From: Pseudomonadota bacterium
GTDB lineage: Bacteria; Pseudomonadota; Alphaproteobacteria; Rhodobacterales; Rhodobacteraceae
Direction of reading: 5' to 3'
Assembly: GCA_039180875.1 (NCBI GenBank)
Contig: JBCDCY010000001.1
Coordinates: forward strand, 348,045-412,044
DNA length: 64,000 nt
In this document: in pieces, positions 40,589 through 48,500 of the stretch
Position numbering within the stretch: position 1 is the stretch's first letter
Layout of the letters: each line of letters begins with the position of its first letter
Notes under the pieces: model-generated
Told to the model about the DNA's origin: nothing
Seen by the model: only the letters and a program-made list of their open reading frames with translations
Databases searched by the model: none
Position numbers and translations under genes: made by a program

Positions 40589-40776
40589 TCCCGGAAATCC
40601 GCCCAAGGCGGATTGTCCGGGACCTCGACCTCTCCGTCAGAGCGGGATCTCCCCGCTCACGTCCCGTCAGTGCGGATTGTGCGCCATGATGAGGCGATCT
40701 TTCCAGAGCCTTCGCCAGCGCTTGTCTGGTTTTGCGCGTTTCAGGGGGGTGTCGGGCAGAGCGCTCCGCACGGCAC
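40589..40776 (-). repeat. partial tandem copy of the GIY-YIG element (hairpin plus a truncated, stop-interrupted gene 3' end)
   Basis: About 80% identical to 40777-40960; hairpin gtcccggaaatccgcc-caa-ggcggattgtccgggac at 40589-40624; residual KRWRRLWKDRLIMAHNPH coding fragment with an in-frame stop. Confidence 0.7.
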
Positions 40777-41170
40777 CGTCCCGGAAATCCGCCGGGCGGA
40801 TTGTCCGGGACCTCCCCGCGTCCCTCAGAACGGAATATCGCCGCTCACGTCCTGCCAGTGCGGATTGTGCTCTGCGATGAGGCGATCCTTCCAAGGCCGC
40901 CGCCAGCGCTTGATCTGTTTTTCACGCTTGAGCGCGGCGTCCAGCGTCTCATGCCGCTCGAACCACACGAGAGTGCGGATGTTGTAGCGCGCGGTGTGGC
41001 CGGGGATCGCGCCTGCCCGGTGTTGCTCGACGCGCTGCCTGAGGTCTCGGGTCGCGCCGATGTAGATCGCGCCGAACGGGCGGGAGGCGAGGATGTAGAC
41101 GAAGTGGGCCATGGGCGGGTGGCTTGAGGGAGAGGTCCCGGACAAGCCGCCTTGGGCGGCTTTCCGGGAC
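40777..41170 (-). mobile_element. miniature element: GIY-YIG nuclease gene bounded by inverted, about 34-bp palindromic hairpin repeats
   Basis: Left hairpin 40777-40810 (gtcccggaaatccgccgggcggattgtccgggac) and right hairpin 41135-41170 (gtcccggacaagccgccttgggcggctttccgggac) are inverted copies, each extended by gcaccgt/acggtgc. Confidence 0.6.
40828..41112 (-). CDS. GIY-YIG nuclease family protein (minimal URI-domain protein)
   Basis: MAHFVYILASRPFGAIYIGATRDLRQRVEQH...KREKQIKRWRRPWKDRLI matches the GIY-YIG (GIY...YIG...R...E) fold; 94 aa. Confidence 0.8.
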
Positions 41171-41206
41171 GGTGCGGGTTGGGCTGCCGCAGCATCAAGT
41201 GGATCG

Positions 41207-41389
41207 TCAACGTCGACGATTGAGTAGAAGACCGGCGAGTAGACCAATCACGGCACCGATAATGCCGAAAATCAATGCTCCAGAGTATCCTTCACCACCA
41301 CCTGCAATGCCGTACCCACGACCAACGAAAACACCGAAGGCACCTCCGGCGAGAAACCCAACACCACCGAATTTGAGCTTCCGCCTCAC
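41207..41389 (-). CDS. possible small glycine-zipper membrane protein (60 aa), GTG start overlapping the carbamoylase stop
   Basis: GxxxG-rich TM segments GGVGFLAGGAFGVFVGRGYGIAGG...ALIFGIIGAVIGLLAGLLL; locally lower GC; no clear RBS. Confidence 0.3.
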   Translation of the reverse strand: MRRKLKFGGVGFLAGGAFGVFVGRGYGIAGGGEGYSGALIFGIIGAVIGLLAGLLLNRRR

Positions 41390-42636
41390 CCCACGATTTC
41401 CGCCGTCTCGACCACCGCGTGGAACAGCACGTCGGTGCCGGCCCTTGCCCAGTCCTTGCTGATCTCCTCGGCCTCGTTGTGGGAGAGGCCGTCGACGCAG
41501 GGGCACATCACCATGGCGGTCGGCGCGACGCGGTTGATCCAGCAGGCGTCGTGGCCCGCGCCGCTGACGATGTCGCGGTGGGAGTAGCCGAGGCGTTCGG
41601 CCGCGTCCCGCACCGCCGCCACGCAGCCTTCGTCGAAGGCGGGGGGGTCGAACTGGCCGACGATCTGGCTCTCGAAGCTCACACCCAACGCCTCGCAAAT
41701 CCCCGGCGCCTCGGCCTCGAGCCGTGCGACCATGGCGTTCAGGACCTCGAGATCCGGCGAGCGGAAGTCGACCGTAAAGACCACCCGGCCGGGGATGATG
41801 TTGCGGCTGTTGGGGTAGACGTCGACATGGCCGATGGCGCCGACCGCTGCAGGCTGGTGCGCCATGGCGATCTCGTGCACCAGCTCGGTGATCTGGGCGA
41901 GACCGCGGCCCGCGTTCCTGCGCATCTTCATCGGCGTGGAGCCGGTGTGGCTCTCCTTGCCCGTCACGGTGCACTCGATCCAGCGCAGGCCCTGGCCGTG
42001 GGTGACGACGCCGATGTCGACGCCCTCCACCTCCAGGATCGGGCCCTGCTCGATGTGCAGCTCGAAGAAGGCGTGCATCTTGCGCGCGCCCACCTCCTCA
42101 TCACCAACCCAGCCGATGCGCTTCAGCTCGTCGCCGAAGCGTTTGCCCTCGCCGTCCTCACGGGCATAGGCCCAGTCGAGGTCGTGCACGCCGGCGAAGA
42201 CGCCGGAGGCGAGCATGGCGGGGGCAAAGCGGGTCCCCTCCTCGTTCGTCCAGTTGGTGACGACGATCGGATGCTTGGTCTTGATGCCGAGATCGTTGAG
42301 CGTGCGGATGATCTCGAGCCCGCCGAGCACACCGAGCACGCCGTCATACTTCCCCCCCGTCGGTTGGGTGTCGAGGTGGGAGCCGACATAGACCGGCAGC
42401 GCCGCGGGATCGGCCCCTTCGCGCCGGGCGAACATGGTGCCCATGGCGTCGACGCCGGTGGTGAGCCCCGCCTCGTCGCACCAGCGTTGGAAGAGCGCGC
42501 GACCCTCGGCATCCGCATCCGTCAGGGTCTGGCGATTGTTGCCGCCGGCGATGCCGGGGCCGATCTTTGCCATCTCCATCAAGGCGTCCCAGAGGCGGTC
42601 GCCGTTGATCCTCAGGTTCTCGCCGGGGGCTGGCAT
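41386..42636 (-). CDS. N-carbamoyl-amino-acid amidohydrolase / beta-ureidopropionase-type Zn hydrolase (M20, allantoate amidohydrolase family)
   Basis: M20 metal-binding blocks GSHLDTQPTGGKYDG, HTGSTPM and ELHIEQGPILE; 416 aa; same strand as hydA. Confidence 0.85.
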   Translation of the reverse strand: MPAPGENLRINGDRLWDALMEMAKIGPGIAGGNNRQTLTDADAEGRALFQRWCDEAGLTTGVDAMGTMFARREGADPAALPVYVGSHLDTQPTGGKYDGVLGVLGGLEIIRTLNDLGIKTKHPIVVTNWTNEEGTRFAPAMLASGVFAGVHDLDWAYAREDGEGKRFGDELKRIGWVGDEEVGARKMHAFFELHIEQGPILEVEGVDIGVVTHGQGLRWIECTVTGKESHTGSTPMKMRRNAGRGLAQITELVHEIAMAHQPAAVGAIGHVDVYPNSRNIIPGRVVFTVDFRSPDLEVLNAMVARLEAEAPGICEALGVSFESQIVGQFDPPAFDEGCVAAVRDAAERLGYSHRDIVSGAGHDACWINRVAPTAMVMCPCVDGLSHNEAEEISKDWARAGTDVLFHAVVETAEIVG

Positions 42637-42738
42637 GGAAGGGTCCTTTGTCCGGATGCGGTGGGAGCGCGCCGCCCCGGACGAGGTCCGGGGCCTCTCA
42701 GGGCGAGGTCCCGGGCCGGGCCCGGGACGGCGCGGTGC

Positions 42739-44067
42739 CTAGTGCAGGCCCCGCAGCACATCGCCGAGGGTCTCGACGAGTTGGTCGATCTGCGGCTTCT
42801 CGATGATCAGCGGCGGCGAGAGGGCGATGATGTCGCCGGTGGTGCGGATCAGCACGCCCTTCTCGTAGGCGGCGAGGAAGGCGGCGAAGGCACGCTGGGT
42901 AGGCGCGCCGGCGATCGGCTCGAGCTCCACTGCGCCGATCAGGCCGAGATTGCGGATGTCGATCACGTGGGGCAGGCCGCGGAGCGAATGCAGCGCCTCC
43001 TGCCAATAGTCGGCAAGCTCGGTGGCGCGGGTGAGCAAGCCCTCGTCGGCATAGGTCTCGAGCGTGCCGAGGCCCGCGGCGGCAGCCATCGGATTGCCGG
43101 AATAAGTATAGCCGTGGAAGAGCTCGATCATGTGCTCCGGCCCGGTCATGAAGGCGTCGTGGATCTCCGCCGTGGTCAGCACCGCGCCCATCGGGATGAT
43201 GCCGTTGGTCAGGCCCTTGGCGCAGACGATCATGTCCGGCATCACGTCGAAGAACTCGGCGGCGAAGGGCGCGCCGAGGCGGCCGAAGCCAGTGATCACC
43301 TCGTCGAAGATCAGCAGGATGCCGTGCTTCCTGGTGATCTCTCGCAGCCGCTGCAGGTAGCCCTTGGGCGGTAGCAGCACGCCGGTGGAGCCCGCCATCG
43401 GCTCCACGATCACGGCGGCAACGGTGGAGGGGTCGTGCAGAGTGACGATCCGCTCCAGATCGTCGGCGAGCTCCGCCCCATGCTCCGGCTGGCCCTTGGT
43501 GAAGGCGTTGCGGGCGAGGTCGTGGGTGTGGGGCAGGTGGTCGACGCCGGTGAGCAGGGTGCCGAAATGCTTGCGGTTGGCGACGATGCCGCCGACCGAG
43601 ATGCCGCCGAAGTTCACGCCGTGATAGCCGCGCTCGCGGCCGATCAGGCGGGTGCGGGTGCCCTCGCCCTTAGCGCGCTGATAGGCGATGGCGATTTTGA
43701 GGGCACTCTCCACCGCCTCGGAGCCCGAGTTGGTGAAGAAGGCGTGCTCGAACGGCTCGGGCGCGATGCCGGTCAGGCGATTGGCGAGCTCGAAGACCTT
43801 GGGATGGCCCATCTGGAAGGCGGGGGCGTAGTCGAGCTCCTCCACCTGGTCCTTGATCGCCTGGACGATCTTCGGGCGCTTATGCCCGGCATTGCAGCAC
43901 CAGAGGCCGGCGGTGCCGTCCAGCACCTGCCGGCCGTCGGCGGTGGTGTAGTGCATCCCCTCGGCCGCGACGAACATCCGCGGGTTGGCCTTGAACTGGC
44001 GGTTCGCGGTGAACGGCATCCAGAAGGCGCGGAGGTCGTTCGGGCTCGCGCTGCGTCGATCGGCCAT
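42739..44067 (-). CDS. class III (omega) aminotransferase, beta-alanine--pyruvate transaminase-like
   Basis: PLP fold type I class III blocks (GSEAVESALKIA..., IFDEVITGFGRLG, PLP-lysine CAKGLTNG). Confidence 0.85.
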   Translation of the reverse strand: MADRRSASPNDLRAFWMPFTANRQFKANPRMFVAAEGMHYTTADGRQVLDGTAGLWCCNAGHKRPKIVQAIKDQVEELDYAPAFQMGHPKVFELANRLTGIAPEPFEHAFFTNSGSEAVESALKIAIAYQRAKGEGTRTRLIGRERGYHGVNFGGISVGGIVANRKHFGTLLTGVDHLPHTHDLARNAFTKGQPEHGAELADDLERIVTLHDPSTVAAVIVEPMAGSTGVLLPPKGYLQRLREITRKHGILLIFDEVITGFGRLGAPFAAEFFDVMPDMIVCAKGLTNGIIPMGAVLTTAEIHDAFMTGPEHMIELFHGYTYSGNPMAAAAGLGTLETYADEGLLTRATELADYWQEALHSLRGLPHVIDIRNLGLIGAVELEPIAGAPTQRAFAAFLAAYEKGVLIRTTGDIIALSPPLIIEKPQIDQLVETLGDVLRGLH

Positions 44068-44182
44068 GGTTCTCTCCCTGCCAGGCGCACGGTGTCAGGG
44101 GCGTGGGGCCGGCCCGGACGCGGTCCGGGCTCATTCGTCGACATCTTCGCCGAAATGCGCAGATCGGCCTGGCTGCCCGGGC

Positions 44183-44279
44183 GAGACGCTAGAGCAAAAG
44201 CCGATCGAACGGAATCGGAAATCGCTTCCTCCCGATCAGCCCAGGGCTGATCGTGAACGCAATTCCCGATACGAGATAC
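44183..44279 (-). repeat. structured dispersed repeat, copy B (upstream of the transaminase gene; reverse complement of copy A)
   Basis: ggaatcggaaatcgcttcctcccgatcagcccagggctgatcgtgaacgcaattcccgat aligns with the reverse complement of 22861-22957. Confidence 0.7.
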
Positions 44280-44389
44280 GTTGGTTGGGACGGGCCTCGC
44301 GCCAGGGGAGAATCCTGCTCGGCGGGTACGATTCCAGAGGCTGCGGCGCGTCTCGCATCGCGCGATCGCGCCCCGGCAGCGCGAACCCT

Positions 44390-45448
44390 TCAGGCGCTGA
44401 CGCAGACCTGGTTGCGCCCGGCCTTCTTGGCGGCATAGAGCAGTTCGTCGGCCCGGGCGATCAGGCTTTCGGCGGTGTCGTCGTCGCGCAATTGGGTGGC
44501 GCCGATCGAGACGGTGATCCGGCCGATCTTCTCACCCGAGCGCTGGGTCACCCAGTCGATGTCGCCGAAGGCGCGGCGGATGGTGTTACAGACGAACTCC
44601 GCCCCCCGCGCCGCCGTCTTGGGCAGCAGCAGGGCGAACTCCTCCCCGCCGAAGCGGGCGGCGGTGTCCTGGCCCTTGACGTTGCGCATCATCACCCGGG
44701 CGAAACCGCGCAGGATGTTGTCGCCGACCGCGTGGCCCCAGACGTCGTTCACCGTCTTGAAGCGGTCGACATCGGCCAGGGCGAAGGCGAGCGGCTGTTG
44801 GGTGTGGCGCGCCCGCTCGATCGCGTCCTGCATCACCTCCTCCAGCCGCCGCCGGTTGGCGAGGCCGGTCAGGTGATCGGTGAAGGCGGACATGCGCAGG
44901 TCCGCCAGCTCCTTCTCCATCCCGCGAACCTGGTCCTGGGCCCGCTTCAGATCGGCCTGTAGGGCGTTGGAAGAGCTGAGCTGCGCCTGGTTGGCCTTGA
45001 AGAGCGTTCCGGCGACGGAGCGCAGGTCCTCCCGGCTCGGGGCGGCGGAGAGCGCGCGGATCGACACCTTCAAAGTCTCGGCAAAGGCGCCGGAGGTGGT
45101 GACACCCCCCTGCACCAGATCGACGACGTTGCTGAGTTCCTGCCCGAGGTTGTCCGAAATGTCGGCCAGGTCGTCGTGCATGGCACGGGGCGACAGCAGC
45201 TCATCGTAGATCTCCTTGAGCGAGAGGTCGCTGAGGCCGCCATCGCTGCGGAGGGCGGCGTCGATGCAGGAGGTCAGCATCTCGTTGCTTTGCTCGGCGT
45301 AGGTGTACCAGACCTCGAACGTCTGGGGATCGGGGGCGGTCTGGTGGGCGATGGCGAGCTCCAACGCCTCCTCCGCAGTGCGCCGTGTGGCGTCGAACGT
45401 GCCGGTTTCCGGTCCCTGCTCGTCGGCGGATCGCATGGCCTGCCCCAA
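44390..45448 (-). CDS. GGDEF-domain diguanylate cyclase with N-terminal sensory/coiled region
   Basis: GGEEF active site (RFGGEEFALLLP), RxxD-like I-site region, DHLTGLANRR. Confidence 0.85.
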   Translation of the reverse strand: MGQAMRSADEQGPETGTFDATRRTAEEALELAIAHQTAPDPQTFEVWYTYAEQSNEMLTSCIDAALRSDGGLSDLSLKEIYDELLSPRAMHDDLADISDNLGQELSNVVDLVQGGVTTSGAFAETLKVSIRALSAAPSREDLRSVAGTLFKANQAQLSSSNALQADLKRAQDQVRGMEKELADLRMSAFTDHLTGLANRRRLEEVMQDAIERARHTQQPLAFALADVDRFKTVNDVWGHAVGDNILRGFARVMMRNVKGQDTAARFGGEEFALLLPKTAARGAEFVCNTIRRAFGDIDWVTQRSGEKIGRITVSIGATQLRDDDTAESLIARADELLYAAKKAGRNQVCVSA

Positions 45449-45535
45449 CCTCTCGATGTTGAAGAGGAGCTTTGATCGATCTTCGTTACGACAGGGTTTA
45501 TGCGGCGGAGATCATAGCGCGCGCGGGCCCCAGCC

Positions 45536-45572
45536 CATGAAAAAACCGCCGGGCCGGGACCCGGCGGTTTTC
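45536..45572 (-). terminator. rho-independent terminator downstream of the RTX-protein gene
   Basis: A6-ccgccgggccgggacccggcgg-T4; on the minus strand the hairpin is followed by T6. Confidence 0.75.
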
Positions 45573-45589
45573 GATGCAGCGCGCGAGTC

Positions 45590-48500
45590 TCAGATGAAGT
45601 CGATGTCGCCCGCGTTCACCTCCGTCCCGGCGCCGAAGCGCGCGATCAGGGACGGGCCGCCGACGCCAGTGCCGTTGGCGTCGTAGAACAGCTTGCCGGT
45701 AGCGCTGTCGTAGATCAGTCGGTCGTCGGCATCCCGGGCCCGGGTGCCCTCGACGAAGGCCGCGCCAACACTGCCGCTCACGTCGAAGACGCTGCTGTCG
45801 AGCACGATCTTGTCCACGCCGCTGGTGAAGTTCTCCACCGTGTCGGTGTCGGGATAGCCGTGGATGTCGAAGGTGTAGGCGTCGGCGCCCCAGCCTCCGT
45901 CCAGCACGTCCATGCCGTCGCCGCCCTTCAGCGTGTCGGCCCCCTGGCCGCCGATCAACTGATCGTTGCCGTAGCTGCCCTCCATCAGGTCGTCATGCTG
46001 GCCGCCGTCCAGGGTGTCGTCGCCGGTGCCGCCCACCAGGGTGTCGTCGTGCCAGTCGCCCCGGATGAAGTCGTTGCCGGCGCCACCTTTCAGGACGTCG
46101 CGACCGTCGCCGCCCAGGACCACGTCGTTGCCGTCGCCGGCGCCGACCCGGTCGGCACCGCTACGGGCCTCGATCTTCTCGCTCGCCTCGGTACCGCCCA
46201 GCACATCGTTGCGGTTGCTGCCGATCACGGCGCTGCCCGTCAGCTCCGGCCAGTCGGTGCCGATCGCGGGCTCGAGCCCCAGCCAGGCGCTGCCGCCGTC
46301 GGCGAGCAGGATGGCCTCCACCGGCTCGATGGAGCGGTCGAGCACCAGGATGTCCTCGATCGTGCCGTCGAAGAACCAGTCGAGGCGGTCGTCATCCTCC
46401 CAGCGCTGCCGGGTGGAGGCGCCGATCACGGCCTTCTCGCTATTGCCCCGCATGCCGGAGGCGAAGCCGGCCTCGCTGTCGGACAGCTCCCCGTTGACGA
46501 ACAGGTTGATCTGACCGCGATCGAAGGAGAGGGCGACGTCGTAGGTCTCGCCCGCCTCGATCTTGTCGCCGGAATGCTTGAGCTCGACGCTGTGGTTCTC
46601 GCTCTGCAGCCGGGCGCGGAGATTGCCCCAGGCGTCGATGTAGATCGTCAGATGGCCCCCGTCCTTGTAGCCGGAATGGTCCTTCGAGATCAGCGCCTGG
46701 TAGCCCTCACCAGGGCTGTTGGCGGTGAAGGAGAAGGCCCACGTGCCCTCCGCCTGGGCCTGGCCCTGGGTGTGGCGGATCACGCCGTAGCTGCCGTCGG
46801 CGAAGGTGCCGCCGCCGTGCTGCAGCACCACGCCGGGCTTCTGGGCCGGGGCCGAGCCGCCGTCGGCGAAGTTGATCTTGCCCCATTCCAGGAACTTGTT
46901 GCTGGAATAGGCCTGAGGGTCGGAGCCGACGGGATCGCCTTCCACATCCCGCGTGTCGTAACCGTAGAGCTCCTCTCCGTCCGGGGTCTCGAGCGGCGCG
47001 CGCTCCCCGCTCGGCGCGACGGCCTCCTGGATCTCGTCGATCGTATTGACGATGCCGAAATGGACGCCGGGATCGGTGATGATGTCCTCTTCACGGACCA
47101 GATCGCCGTGCACGACGATAAAGCCGATTAGATCCTCGTCATGCGCCCCGCCATTGCCCTGTTGGGAATAGGCGCGGATGATCGAGACGGCGCTGTCGTT
47201 CACCCCGTCCTTGTCGGTGTCGATCGCCTGATAGCTGACCTCCACCTGGGCGGTGTGGCCGACGACGGAGATCTTGTCCTTGTCCGCCTCGAAATCGGCG
47301 ATCACCTCGATGCCGAGGGCATCCACCCAATGGTCGTGCAGGCGCCGGTTCTCCCCCGCCACGCCGTGCCAATGGATCATCCGGTCGGGCATGGTGTGCT
47401 TCACCAGGATGTCGAGTTTGGCGTTGATCAGGGCCTCGAAGTAGAAGTGGTCGCGGCCCTCGCCGCCCACCAGCACGTCATCGGCCGCGAGCGGCTGGTC
47501 GATCCAGTCGACGAGCTTCAGATACTCATCATCGACCGACGGATCCGGATAGGTGCGGGACGGATCGTCGATCACCAACTGGCCGATCCGCTGTTCACCG
47601 GCGTCGGAGCGGGAGATCAGCAGGTCGTCGCCCGCCCCGCCGATCAGCCAGTCGCCGCCGCGACCGCCGTCCAGCGTGTCGTTGCCGGCATCGCCCATCA
47701 GCTTGTCGTTGCCGTAGCCGCCTTCGATGAAATCGTTGCCGCCGTCACCCTTCAGGCGGTCGTCGCCTGCCTCGCCGCTGATCGTGTCATTGCCGCCGCC
47801 GCCGCGGAAGAAGTCGTTGCCCGCCTCCAGCTTTTGCGGGCCTGAGGCCTTCTGCAGCGACCCGCCGGGCCCTTCGTCCACCAGGCGGTTGATCTGGCGA
47901 TAGGTCAGCACGTCGTCGAGCGTGAAGCCGCCCCAGATGCCGAAGTCGGCGATCGCCCCCTCATAGGCGTTGGAGAGCTTGTCGTCGTCGGCGGCAAAGG
48001 TCGCGGCCGAGCCGTTCACCTGGGTGCGCGAGGTGTCCGCACCGAGCACCCAGGGCTCCGAGTTGCGGAGCATATAGGCCTCGGTCTGCTGACCCGGCGT
48101 CCCAACGCCGCCCTCGACCGCCGTCCAGGACCGGTCAGAGATCGCGCGGCCGTCTTTGAAGACCGTGATGCCGTCCTCGGTGAAGTTCACCGCAAGATGG
48201 CTCCACTGCCCCTCCCGCAGCACGTTGGGGCCGGTCTCCCACGTGGTGTTGGAGCCGCCGTCGCCCGGCGCCATGCGCAGGATCAGGCCGCCGTCGTCGG
48301 TGTGGCCCAGATGGAAATGCCCGCCGTCGTCGGTGCCGCTTTGATCGCGGGAGACGAAGATGCTCTCGTCCGACAGATCCTCCGGCCGCACCCAGAGGGC
48401 GATGGTGCCCTGGGTGATCTGGTACTTGGTCGAGGTCTCGATGAACGCGAACTCGTCCTCGCCGTTGAAGTGCAGCGCCTCGCCCCAGCCGCCGTCCGGC

